A stretch of 64,000 bases of DNA from an uncultured Candidatus Saccharibacteria bacterium (GCA_964391325.1 CAYMJM010000003.1:3211-67210), one strand, 5' to 3'; positions 38,711 through 47,802 are shown, numbered from the stretch's first letter. The notes: generated by a model not told the origin, from the sequence alone. Translations and numbers: made by a program.

Positions 38711-39240
38711 CTTGATCTTCGTGTTTTATCTTTCAGCAAGTGGGATAAAGCGATACCAACAGATACTGCGACATTTAGACTAGAGCCTTTCCCGAGCATT
38801 GGGATAAAAACTGCTGAATCGCATTTATCGAGCACTTTAGGAGAGATGCCGTGAGCCTCGCTTCCTACGATTACAGCTAGCTTCTCTGGGACATCGTAAC
38901 TATATATATTTTCCGACTTATCTGTAATCTCCAATGCTACCATGGTGTATCCTCTTTTCTTTAAAGAAGAAATAATTTCCAATGGATTTTGGTAATACTT
39001 CCAAATAATTCTATTTTCTTTTGACCTTGATACTTTTTTTAGTTCTTTACCAAAAGGTGGAGTTGTTGTTGCCCCTGTAAGATAAATAGCGTTAACTGCC
39101 ATAGCATCAGCTACTCTAAATATCTGAGCCACATTTTTCGCATATTGTAGGCTATCAAGGATAAGAACAATATTTTTCTTACTATGTACTGTATGCTGTC
39201 GCAGAAATCTTTTTAATTCTATTTTCCGTAATTGTTTCAT
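38674..39240 (-). CDS. TrmH/SpoU-family RNA 2'-O-methyltransferase
   Basis: SPOUT motifs (ALEITDKSENIY, GSEAHGIS, IPMLGKGSSLNVAVSVGIAL); the reading frame runs 37 nt into the antisense of tRNA-Leu before its first stop. Confidence 0.8.
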   Translation of the reverse strand: MKQLRKIELKRFLRQHTVHSKKNIVLILDSLQYAKNVAQIFRVADAMAVNAIYLTGATTTPPFGKELKKVSRSKENRIIWKYYQNPLEIISSLKKRGYTMVALEITDKSENIYSYDVPEKLAVIVGSEAHGISPKVLDKCDSAVFIPMLGKGSSLNVAVSVGIALSHLLKDKTRRSSAGSGTRTRTPG

Positions 39241-39330
39241 AAATGGATTTTTAATTTTAATGCTTGTATTATAGTATAAGTAACTGATATTCTTAAAAGT
39301 CTATATTAATTAGCATTATTAAAACTGTCT

Positions 39331-40887
39331 ATGGCCGAGTTCTATAAATATCCTAAACCAATTGTATTAGTAGTGCTTGACGGGGTAGGAGTGGCACCCC
39401 CGGGCCCCGGGAATGCGGTTACACTTGCAAATACTCCAATTCTTGATAGTCTGTGGCCGAAGTATCCTCATGCCTATCTTCAAGCAGCTGGCAGAGCAGT
39501 AGGATTACCTGATGGCGCAGATGGAAATAGCGAGGTTGGTCATATGACATTAGGTACAGGCAAAGTTCTTTTTCAGGATTTACCCAGAATTGAAAATAAG
39601 ATAAAAAGTGGAGAGTTTATACGCAATGAGGAATTAAACAATGCAGTTAAACATGTGAAGAAAAATAAATCAAGTCTTCATGTAATGGGACTGCTAGGAG
39701 ATGGGTTGGTGCATTCAAGCAAGAAGCATTTGTATGAGCTAATTAAGTTGATTGAGCAGTCCGATGTTGATCCAAATAAAGTTTATTTCCATATGTTCCT
39801 AGATGGACGCGACTCCTCTCCGAAAGCTGGGGTCAAATTGGTGCAAGAACTTCAAGAAGAGTTGGAGCGTAAGAAAATAGGACAAGTTGCCAGTATCATA
39901 GGACGGTACTATGCAATGGATAGAGATTTAAGATGGGAGAGGGTAAAGAAAGCGTATGATTTGATTACAAGAGGAATTGGAGAAGAATCTAAAAATATAT
40001 TAAAAACACTACAGGATGCTTATAAAAAAGACCTGACAGATGAATATATGACAGAGTTTGTAATTCCTGACTATGAAGGCAAGAAAGCACGTGTAGGTAC
40101 AGGAGATGGCCTGATTTTCTTTAATTTCAGACCTGACCGCGCGCTACAGATTACTAAAGCATTTGAAGATGAAAAATTCACAGGTTTTAACAGAGAGTTG
40201 ATAAAAGACTTATATTTTGTAGGCTTTACTGATTACAAGCAGGGATTTCCTAAGAAAATTGCATTCCCTCAGGAGAAAGTTACAGATTCTCTGGGAAAAG
40301 TTTTAAGCGAAAATCAATTAACTCAATTAAGGATAGCAGAATCAGAAAAGTTTCCACATGTTACCTATTTTTTTGACGGTGGAAAAAAAATTGTTTACGA
40401 AGGTGAAGAGCAAATTGAGGTTCCTTCTCCCAAAGATGTCGCAACCTATGATCAAGCTCCGAGGATGAGTACTGATAAGCTAATTGAAGTCTTTACTTCA
40501 AAAATGGAGAAAGAAAAGTTTGACTTCGCACTAATTAATGTTGCAGCTCCTGATATGGTAGCGCATACTGGGGTCTTAGATGCTGCCGTTAAGGCTATGG
40601 AGGCGGCAGATGAGGCAGTTGGAAAGATTTTGGAATATGTACTAGGACAGGATGGAGTTGTTCTTATCACGGCTGATCATGGTAATTGTGAAGAATTAGT
40701 AAATATTAGGACCGGTGAGGTGGATACCAAACACTCAACTAATCACGTTCCTTTCGTTGCAGTGAAAAGAGACTTTACTCCTCAGGAACTACAATTAGGA
40801 ATTCTGGCTGATATTGCTCCGACTATTTTGTATTTGTTTGGTATAGAAAAGCCTGATGAAATGACCGGAAGAAATCTGCTAGTCTAG
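39331..40887 (+). CDS. gpmI: 2,3-bisphosphoglycerate-independent phosphoglycerate mutase
   Basis: iPGM motifs VVLDGVG, SEVGHMTLG, ITADHGN; 518 aa. Confidence 0.93.
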   Translation: MAEFYKYPKPIVLVVLDGVGVAPPGPGNAVTLANTPILDSLWPKYPHAYLQAAGRAVGLPDGADGNSEVGHMTLGTGKVLFQDLPRIENKIKSGEFIRNEELNNAVKHVKKNKSSLHVMGLLGDGLVHSSKKHLYELIKLIEQSDVDPNKVYFHMFLDGRDSSPKAGVKLVQELQEELERKKIGQVASIIGRYYAMDRDLRWERVKKAYDLITRGIGEESKNILKTLQDAYKKDLTDEYMTEFVIPDYEGKKARVGTGDGLIFFNFRPDRALQITKAFEDEKFTGFNRELIKDLYFVGFTDYKQGFPKKIAFPQEKVTDSLGKVLSENQLTQLRIAESEKFPHVTYFFDGGKKIVYEGEEQIEVPSPKDVATYDQAPRMSTDKLIEVFTSKMEKEKFDFALINVAAPDMVAHTGVLDAAVKAMEAADEAVGKILEYVLGQDGVVLITADHGNCEELVNIRTGEVDTKHSTNHVPFVAVKRDFTPQELQLGILADIAPTILYLFGIEKPDEMTGRNLLV

Positions 40888-40947
40888 CTTTCTTGACCAA
40901 ATCAATAGACTAGTATAGTCTGTAATTAGCAATATTAAATAACTAGA

Positions 40948-41496
40948 ATGAAACTGTTCTTTAGTTTTTTAACAGATTCAGTGTATGTTGTATTTTTCTT
41001 CTTGATAATTTTGGCTGCTTTCATGGCGACTTACGCATTGTCTCCAATTAAGTTCGAAGATTCAATCCTGGGGAAAACAAACCAGCCGATGGGAGTACTA
41101 GGTGACGTAGATGTTCATCGAATTGAATACGTAGAGCTTTACGAAGAGCATAATTATTTCTCAATTGATAGTAACATAGTAGGGAACAATTATTATGCTG
41201 ATTTTAAGATCGGTCCTTACACAGCTGGAGAATTGGAAAAGCCTATCGTGAATATTAAAAATACATCAGCAGCGGGAGCAAACGTAAAAGTTAGTCTAAA
41301 GGCTGCGATATCGGCGGTAGAAGGTCTACAGATGGGATTACGAGTCGGAGATGAGAAGGTTTCTATGCAGAAAGGAGTATTTGAAAGAGAAATATTTCTT
41401 ACGGGAAATACAGAGAAGGAAGTATCTTTTTATACTAATACTTCCAGTGATATAAATTATCCCCTCAGTTTATATCTAGAAATAACACAATTGTAA
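40948..41496 (+). CDS. Hypothetical protein with N-terminal signal-anchor
   Basis: 182 aa; single N-terminal hydrophobic helix then soluble domain; no motif. Confidence 0.5.
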   Translation: MKLFFSFLTDSVYVVFFFLIILAAFMATYALSPIKFEDSILGKTNQPMGVLGDVDVHRIEYVELYEEHNYFSIDSNIVGNNYYADFKIGPYTAGELEKPIVNIKNTSAAGANVKVSLKAAISAVEGLQMGLRVGDEKVSMQKGVFEREIFLTGNTEKEVSFYTNTSSDINYPLSLYLEITQL

Positions 41497-41597
41497 GCAT
41501 TCACCACTTCTTGCAAAGAGTCGTTTTTTATCATAGTATCATATAGGGATCAACTTTCATTTCCTACCTCCACCAGATTAATTATTAATAAATCAAA

Positions 41598-42617
41598 ATG
41601 TCACACATAGGGGCAGAAGAGGGTAGTGCTGGCCAAAGTAGACACTTAATTCCTGGGAGTGAAGTACTCCAAGAGAGCGGTATCAATGAATTTTATGCTG
41701 TCCCTGGGCTGGAGGATGTAGATCCATTACTCAATACTTATGCTAAGGCAGTTGCTGAAAGAATTTTTACATTATCTTTAGAGAATGGCAGGGTCCCCCA
41801 ACTAATAATCCCACTAAATGGAGGTATTTTACCCGCTGTGCATGTTGTCACAGAACTAGCAGCGAGAAGTCAGGAGGATAAAAGTTGGATGGCAATCTAC
41901 GATGCATATACAAGGGCAGGCTTAGACGGTGGCTTATTTAATGTTATTTTTGCTGCAAAGCGTCCTGATGACGCCTATAGTAGAAACCAGCCATATATAC
42001 TGGGTAGAGAAGTTATTGGAGAAAGAAATTTTATTATATTAGACGATATTGCTGATGAGTTAAAGGCTTATGCTGGACTCATTGCAGGGATTAATAACTT
42101 GCCATCTCATCTGCCTGAGGATGTATTTAGTCCAGTAAATCAGGGTTACGCAAATATTGAAATGTTTGCTATTACAAGAAAGGCTTCTACCGCACAAGCA
42201 CCTGGTTACTCTGAAAGGGTGGTAACTATGCATACAATACCAAATGTTGAAGGAGGAGGACCTCCTTGGATCAGGGCTGGTGTTGGAATGAACTCAGGTG
42301 ACGCGCGAGAACCGGATCTTACAGCAAGACAGAGATTGTCTAGAGTGTGTTATTATAGGGAAGGTGAAGATCAGGTGCGGGCTCAGCAGTATGTGGATCA
42401 AGAATTTGAATTCGCAATGCTATGTAATCCAGATAATCTTTGTAGAATCGCCTCGGACCCAAGGGCTACCGTGGTTGGACCAGAGGGAAAAAACATGGGT
42501 TTAATTCAATTGCTAACTGAGGTTGAAGTACTAAGATGTTCAGGTAGCTCAGGGGTAAACCGACAGCTTGGGCTGGCTCAACAGTATTTCGGAGGTGTCT
42601 TACATAATTCACGGTAA
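41598..42617 (+). CDS. Hypothetical protein with phosphoribosyltransferase-like motifs; GC-anomalous
   Basis: IIPLNGGILPAVHV and NFIILDDIADELKAYAG resemble PRTase type-I nucleotide-binding and PRPP loops; local GC ~44% versus ~36% elsewhere. Confidence 0.5.
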   Translation: MSHIGAEEGSAGQSRHLIPGSEVLQESGINEFYAVPGLEDVDPLLNTYAKAVAERIFTLSLENGRVPQLIIPLNGGILPAVHVVTELAARSQEDKSWMAIYDAYTRAGLDGGLFNVIFAAKRPDDAYSRNQPYILGREVIGERNFIILDDIADELKAYAGLIAGINNLPSHLPEDVFSPVNQGYANIEMFAITRKASTAQAPGYSERVVTMHTIPNVEGGGPPWIRAGVGMNSGDAREPDLTARQRLSRVCYYREGEDQVRAQQYVDQEFEFAMLCNPDNLCRIASDPRATVVGPEGKNMGLIQLLTEVEVLRCSGSSGVNRQLGLAQQYFGGVLHNSR

Positions 42618-42756
42618 AAATATAGTAGTAGAGTTCAGAAGAGCGGGGTTTCCAGCATCACGCAGGTAGAACCTTTTGATTAATAATATATTTACTGGAG
42701 TGAGATAGAAAATGTTTTGTGTTAGAATAGGTTAATTTAATTGTTATTGTAAATTT

Positions 42757-43212
42757 ATGTCAATTTTTGGTGATCTAAATGAAGCGCAGGTAATAGGTAA
42801 TATGACCCAAGATATAGAAGTGCGTTATACTACGAATGGCAGTGCAGTTGCAAATTTTTCTGTTGCGACAAATAGAAGTTTTCGGAGGCAGGGGAGTGAT
42901 GAGTGGCAAGAAGAAGTAGCTTTCCATAATATTGTTGTCTGGGGGAGCGATGCAGAATCATTGAGCCAAAGAGCCAAAAAAGGAACACGAATATACATTA
43001 AAGGACGGTTGCAGACACGATCCTGGGAAGATCAAGATGGCAAAAAAAACTACAGGACAGAAATTATCGCAGAAAAGATTATCTTACTTGATAGATATGA
43101 AAGGGGCGCTCAGGAGTCTGCTAGTCCAACTTCCAAACAGGTCTCTTCTGAACAAAAGGCAAGTGAGTCCACTTCTTCAGACGAGATTGACCCAGATGAC
43201 TTACCATTTTAA
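42757..43212 (+). CDS. ssb: Single-stranded DNA-binding protein
   Basis: OB-fold N-terminal region, disordered linker and canonical acidic tail ending DDLPF; 151 aa. Confidence 0.9.
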   Translation: MSIFGDLNEAQVIGNMTQDIEVRYTTNGSAVANFSVATNRSFRRQGSDEWQEEVAFHNIVVWGSDAESLSQRAKKGTRIYIKGRLQTRSWEDQDGKKNYRTEIIAEKIILLDRYERGAQESASPTSKQVSSEQKASESTSSDEIDPDDLPF

Positions 43213-43220
43213 AAGTTAAT

Positions 43221-43610
43221 ATGGGCAAGACATTTAAAGAAATGGTAAAAATTATTGATGATTTTTGTGAGCAAAGAAAGTGGGATAATGGCGAGCCTAA
43301 CCATCTTATTTCTTCGATTTATATTGAACTGGGGGAGTTAGCAGAGAACTATCAATGGCAACATAAGTTTAACAAAGAGCTGACAGAAGAAGAAAAGAGG
43401 GTAATTGGGTATGAGTTTGTAGACGTAATTTTTTATCTTTTCCGGCTGGCGTCTAAAACGGGTGTAGATATTGAAAAATACTTCGACGAAAAAGTGCCAA
43501 AACTACAGAAAAAATTCCCGGTAAAGAAAGTGTTAGGTCTGAATAATCAAAGTTTAAGAGAAATCCATGACAAGTATAGAAAAGAAGGTAAGAATAAATT
43601 ATACAGTTAG
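43221..43610 (+). CDS. MazG-like nucleotide pyrophosphohydrolase domain protein
   Basis: All-alpha EExxE...E/D pattern (IELGELAENYQW, YEFVDVIFYL); 129 aa. Confidence 0.7.
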   Translation: MGKTFKEMVKIIDDFCEQRKWDNGEPNHLISSIYIELGELAENYQWQHKFNKELTEEEKRVIGYEFVDVIFYLFRLASKTGVDIEKYFDEKVPKLQKKFPVKKVLGLNNQSLREIHDKYRKEGKNKLYS

Positions 43611-43622
43611 TTCCTAAGCTGG

Positions 43623-44162
43623 ATGTTCAAGACTATTTCGCATAAGAAAATTTATCAGAATAGATGGCTTACTTTCTATGCAGACAGCATATCTTTTCCT
43701 AATGGTGCAAAAGGAGTTTATGGCTACGTTGAGAGAAATAGTGGAGTGTCTATTGCAGTCTTGGACAAAAACTATAGCATCCTTCTTATAGAACAATACA
43801 GGTATCCTACTAAAAAGTGTCATATAGAAATTCCTGCTGGTTCTATAATTAAAGGAGAAACTCCAGAACAAGCATGTTTACGTGAGTTAGCTGAAGAAGC
43901 GGGGATTTACGAAATAGAGGAATTGGAATTCTTACAAACATACTATCCTTTGAGCGCACACAGTACTGAAACCCAGAGTCTATTTATGGCTAGGGTTCAG
44001 AGGTTTTCAGAATTTAAGGGAACTGAATTTGATGAAGATATCCAAAGCTACCTAGTCACACCTATTGATAAAGCTTTGAAAATGATAGATATAGGAAAGA
44101 TAGATGATGCAATAACCTCTAATGCAATTCAGCTAGTACATAGAAAGTTGAATAAAAAATAA
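43623..44162 (+). CDS. NUDIX hydrolase
   Basis: Nudix box GSIIKGETPEQACLRELAEEAGI (Gx5Ex7REUxEExGU); 179 aa. Confidence 0.85.
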   Translation: MFKTISHKKIYQNRWLTFYADSISFPNGAKGVYGYVERNSGVSIAVLDKNYSILLIEQYRYPTKKCHIEIPAGSIIKGETPEQACLRELAEEAGIYEIEELEFLQTYYPLSAHSTETQSLFMARVQRFSEFKGTEFDEDIQSYLVTPIDKALKMIDIGKIDDAITSNAIQLVHRKLNKK

Positions 44163-44189
44163 ATTTATCATAAAATAAATTGGCTTAGA

Positions 44190-44399
44190 AAAGGAATAGT
44201 AGACATATACAGAGAGCTGTTATGTTCTGAGAGACAGGAAATGTCGAACCTACCTTGGAGCTATCCTGGGAAACTAGGACGCATATCAGCGTTAAGATAT
44301 AATGAGTCTGTTTTAACAGTAAATTAAGGTGGTACCACGAGAAAGCTCGGCCTTATACACTTCATTTTTTGATATGATGTATAAGGCCGAGCTTTTTTC
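44190..44399 (+). promoter_or_regulatory. T-box riboswitch-like leader of proS (candidate Pro specifier CCU; antiterminator/terminator switch)
   Basis: T-box consensus AAATTAAGGTGGTACCACGAG at 44321-44341 (vs AATTAGGGTGGNACCGCG). Antiterminator fold: helix A1 AAGG/CCTT, 7-nt bulge TGGTACC, helix A2 CGAG-AAAG-CTCG. Overlapping 17-bp terminator hairpin 44343-44359/44378-44394 followed by TTTTTT. Candidate specifier CCT-A at 44249-44252. Confidence 0.7.
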
Positions 44400-44427
44400 A
44401 TATAATTTAACTTTTAAATGAGGATCT

Positions 44428-45663
44428 ATGAAATACTCACAGCTATTTACCAGAACAGATAAGACTGCTAAAGAGTATGACACTGTTAATGCAACCTTGC
44501 TGGTTAAAGCGGGTTTTGTTAACCAACTTATGGCTGGAGCTTACACGATTTTACCCTTAGGCCTACGGGTATTAAGAAAAATTGAGAACGTAATCAGGAC
44601 CGAAATGAATGAGGCTGGTGGACAGGAAATTCTGATGCCAGCCTTACATCCAGCAGAAAATTGGAAGACCACAGGTGCTTGGGAGAGTGTAGATGTATTA
44701 TTTAAAATCAAGAGTAGAACTGGAAAGGAATACGCTTTGGGTCAAAGCGAAGAGGAGGTAGTTGCTCCCTTGGTGAAGCAGTATGTAAAGTCCTACAAAG
44801 ACCTTCCAGTGGCTGTGTATCAAATACAAAATAAATTTAGAGACGAACTTCGGGCAAAATCGGGTATCTTGAGAGGGCGTGAGTTTGGTATGAAGGATAT
44901 GTATTCATTTCATGAATCTCAACAAGATTTCCTGCGATTTTATGAAGAAATTAAAGAGGCATACAAAAGGATATTTAAGAAGCTTGGTTTAGTAGCTAAG
45001 GTAACTGAAGCTTCTGGGGGTGATTTTTCACAAAAAATTTCTTATGAATTTATGGTACTGACCGATGTAGGTGAAGACGACATTTTATATTGTCCTGAGT
45101 GTGACTTCTGTATAAATCAAGAAATAGCTAGCGATTTAAGGGACTGTAAGAAATGTGCAGCTGAGCTTATAAAAGCTAAAGCAGCAGAAGTGGGGAATGT
45201 TTTCGACTTAGGGCAAAAGTATCCTAAAGATTTCGATTTTACTTATACTGACAGGGATGGGGCAGAAAAATATCCATTTATGGGTTGCTATGGGATTGGC
45301 ACTACACGTGTAATGGGAGTAATTGTGGAGAAGTTTCATGATGACAAAGGTATCATCTGGCCGGAGCAGGTAGCACCTTTTAATGTTCATCTTATATCTT
45401 TGGGAGAGGGTACTGAAATTACCAAGGTTACTCAAAAAATTAATCGGGCTTTTCTTGATGCTGGGATAGAGGTTTTGTGGGACGATCGACAAGATATTAC
45501 TGCTGGAGAGAAATTTGTAGATGCAGACTTAGTAGGTATCCCACATCGTATTGTGGTGAGTGAAAGATCTTTGGAAAAGGGGGGAGTAGAGTATAAAAGC
45601 AGAAACGAGCAGACATCTCACATTTTCCCTAAAGAGGAATTGCTGGCTTTTCTTTTAAAGTAA
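44428..45663 (+). CDS. proS: Proline--tRNA ligase lacking the INS editing domain
   Basis: Class II motifs (KFRDELRAKSGILRGREF motif 2; GCYGIGTTR motif 3), C-terminal anticodon-binding domain; GAGGA SD 5 nt upstream; 411 aa, too short to contain the bacterial insertion editing domain. Confidence 0.9.
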   Translation: MKYSQLFTRTDKTAKEYDTVNATLLVKAGFVNQLMAGAYTILPLGLRVLRKIENVIRTEMNEAGGQEILMPALHPAENWKTTGAWESVDVLFKIKSRTGKEYALGQSEEEVVAPLVKQYVKSYKDLPVAVYQIQNKFRDELRAKSGILRGREFGMKDMYSFHESQQDFLRFYEEIKEAYKRIFKKLGLVAKVTEASGGDFSQKISYEFMVLTDVGEDDILYCPECDFCINQEIASDLRDCKKCAAELIKAKAAEVGNVFDLGQKYPKDFDFTYTDRDGAEKYPFMGCYGIGTTRVMGVIVEKFHDDKGIIWPEQVAPFNVHLISLGEGTEITKVTQKINRAFLDAGIEVLWDDRQDITAGEKFVDADLVGIPHRIVVSERSLEKGGVEYKSRNEQTSHIFPKEELLAFLLK

Positions 45664-45689
45664 CTGTTATTTAGTGTAATTTTTATATA

Positions 45690-45851
45690 TAATATTATCA
45701 AGAGATTGAGCTGTGCAGTGAAAGGTTCAAGTATTCTTGTGACGTATAAAAGCATTTTAATTAAAAAAGTAAAAATAGAGGTGGCACCGACCTTAATTTA
45801 AGTATTTAAGGGCCCTCCAGATCATTGATCTTGGGGGTCTTTTTGTTTTTT
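45690..45851 (+). promoter_or_regulatory. T-box riboswitch-like leader of aspS-ybaK fusion gene (candidate Asp specifier GAC)
   Basis: AAAAATAGAGGTGGCACCGACC at 45771-45792 matches the T-box core (GGTGGNACCG). Antiterminator fold: GAGG/CCTC with 7-nt bulge TGGCACC (45782-45788), A2 helix GACCTTAA/TTAAGGGC. Terminator hairpin 45810-45839 plus T-run. AGAGA and AGTGA stem-I-like elements and GAC-G at 45741-45744. Confidence 0.6.
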
Positions 45852-45874
45852 ATTTTTTATTTATCTAATATAGC

Positions 45875-47671
45875 ATGAAACGTACAATTTCTAATGAGTT
45901 AAAAAATAAAGTTGGAAAAAAGGTTTTAGTAAAAGGATGGCTGCATTCTCTAAGAATGTTAGGAGCTGTCAATTTTCTGATGTTAAGAGATCGAGGGGGA
46001 TTTACTCAGGTGGTGATTGAATCTAGAGATGAGCTAAATAAAGTTAAGGATTTGCAGCCCGGCTCTGTTCTTGCTATAGAAGCAGAGGTACAGAAATCTC
46101 TAAAGACATCATTGGGGGTAGAATTAGTATCTCCCTCGATTGTCATCGAGGTCCCCGTTAAGTATCCTTTACCACTTGATATTTCCAAAAAAGAGTTAAG
46201 CGCCAATTTGGATACTATTTTGGACTATAGATCTTTGGTATTGAGAAATGAAAAACAAATGGCAATATTTAAAATCCAAGCATCTATAATTGAAGCCTTT
46301 GCTCACAGTATGAAGGCTCAGGGATTCACGAGGTTTGATTCGCCTGTTTTGATGGGATCTCCTTCTGAGAGCGGAGCTGATGTTTTTGAAGTAAAGTATT
46401 TTGGCGACAAGGCTTATTTAGCTCAAAGCCCTCAAATATATAAGCAGATTATGGTAGGAGTCTTTGAAAGAGTATACACAATAGCCAAGGTTTTTCGGGC
46501 AGAAAAGCACAATACGTCGAGACACTTGATGGAGATCACTCAGCTCGATGGAGAAATGGGGTTTATAGAAAATTACGATGAGGTATTAGAAGTGGTTGAA
46601 AAGGTCGTAAGAGATATATTTACATACCTGGAAATTAACAATCCCATAGAGATAGAAGTGCTTAGCATTCAATTGCCTCAGTTACCGGAAGGAGGGTTTC
46701 CTAGAATTAAAGTAAAAGAAGCTTTGACCTTGATAGAGCAAAGAACTGGCAAATCAGCCAACAGAGAAGAGTTGGATGTTGACCCCGAGGACGAAAGGGA
46801 GATTACAGAATGGGCTAAAGAAGAACACAATTCTGAGTTTGTTTGGCTGCTAAATTTTAAATCCAATAAGAATTTTTATACATTAGACAATCCAGAAGAC
46901 AAAGGTGAATCTTTTAGTTATGACCTGCTATGTAGGGGGTTGGAATGGCTATCTGGGACTCATAGAATCCACAACTATAGTACACTACTGGAAAGACTAA
47001 AAAATCAAGGGTTGCAGGAGGAGCATTACAGCCATTACTTACAGGCTTTCAAATATGGTATGCCTTCTGAAGCGGGTTTTTCTTTTGGACTGGAGCGGGT
47101 AACACAACAGATTGTAGGGCTAGACAATATACGTGAAGCTACGCTTTTTCCTTCTGATCAGAAAAGAATTGCAGGGGCTAGAATTAAGAGAAAAGTAGTA
47201 CATGGAGAGGAGGAAGTTATCCGAGCTATTAAAACAATGTTTGAGGAAAGCAATAAGGAGTATAGATTTTTTGAACATGAAGCAACTATAACTTCTCAGG
47301 ATGCTGCTCGAATTCGTGGAACGAATCCAGATGAGGGGGTAAAAGCTTTGATTCTCAGATCCAAAAAAGATGGTAGAAACATAATGCTATGCTTACAGGG
47401 CAGTAAGAAAATAGATATGGGTAAATTGAAAAATTTATTGGGAGAATCCTTTACCTTTGAAGAGGCAGATAAGATAAAGCAAAGGTATGGTTTAGAGATA
47501 GGAGGAATCCCTCCTTTTGGCAATATTTTGGGTTTGGAGACCTACTTTGATTCTTCTATATTAAATACAGAGTATGTTTCTTTTAATTGTGGAAGCAGAT
47601 ATAAGTCAATACGTACAAAGACAAATAATTTAGCTAAACTTGTGTCACCTCAAATAGTTGATGTAGTGTAG
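45875..47671 (+). CDS. aspS: Aspartate--tRNA ligase (archaeal/eukaryal-type class IIb core) fused to a C-terminal YbaK/ProX-like aminoacyl-tRNA deacylase domain
   Basis: OB anticodon-binding N-terminus, motif 2 FRAEKHNTSRHLMEITQLDGEM, motif 3 GFSFGLERV, canonical class IIb C-terminus FPSDQKR at ~aa 440. A further ~150 aa follows with the YbaK pattern (VKALILRSKKDGRNIMLCLQG...GLEIGGIPPFGNILGLETYFD...VSFNCGS). Confidence 0.8.
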   Translation: MKRTISNELKNKVGKKVLVKGWLHSLRMLGAVNFLMLRDRGGFTQVVIESRDELNKVKDLQPGSVLAIEAEVQKSLKTSLGVELVSPSIVIEVPVKYPLPLDISKKELSANLDTILDYRSLVLRNEKQMAIFKIQASIIEAFAHSMKAQGFTRFDSPVLMGSPSESGADVFEVKYFGDKAYLAQSPQIYKQIMVGVFERVYTIAKVFRAEKHNTSRHLMEITQLDGEMGFIENYDEVLEVVEKVVRDIFTYLEINNPIEIEVLSIQLPQLPEGGFPRIKVKEALTLIEQRTGKSANREELDVDPEDEREITEWAKEEHNSEFVWLLNFKSNKNFYTLDNPEDKGESFSYDLLCRGLEWLSGTHRIHNYSTLLERLKNQGLQEEHYSHYLQAFKYGMPSEAGFSFGLERVTQQIVGLDNIREATLFPSDQKRIAGARIKRKVVHGEEEVIRAIKTMFEESNKEYRFFEHEATITSQDAARIRGTNPDEGVKALILRSKKDGRNIMLCLQGSKKIDMGKLKNLLGESFTFEEADKIKQRYGLEIGGIPPFGNILGLETYFDSSILNTEYVSFNCGSRYKSIRTKTNNLAKLVSPQIVDVV

Positions 47672-47775
47672 TTGGAAATACTTTAATCTGATAGAGCCCT
47701 GTTTTTTTTGCGGGGCTCTGTTTTCGGGTATTATTCGGGTCTTTTGACTTGTCTGGAATATAGAAATATTTTATA

Positions 47776-47802
47776 GTGGTGACAAGTGGTGAATGGTGGT
47801 GA
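47776..47802 (+). promoter_or_regulatory. Putative MraZ operator: three direct GTGGTGA repeats at 10-bp periodicity
   Basis: GTGGTGA at 47776-82, 47786-92, 47796-802 (3-nt spacers) ~145 nt upstream of mraZ; an inverted fourth copy (TCACCAC within GATTCACCACTTG, 47903-47915) lies 30 nt before the ATG. Confidence 0.5.

Noticed and set aside
44343-44399. Stand-alone intrinsic terminator after the nudix operon
   Set aside because: Re-interpreted: the hairpin is the terminator arm of the proS T-box leader (overlaps antiterminator), though it may also terminate read-through from upstream.
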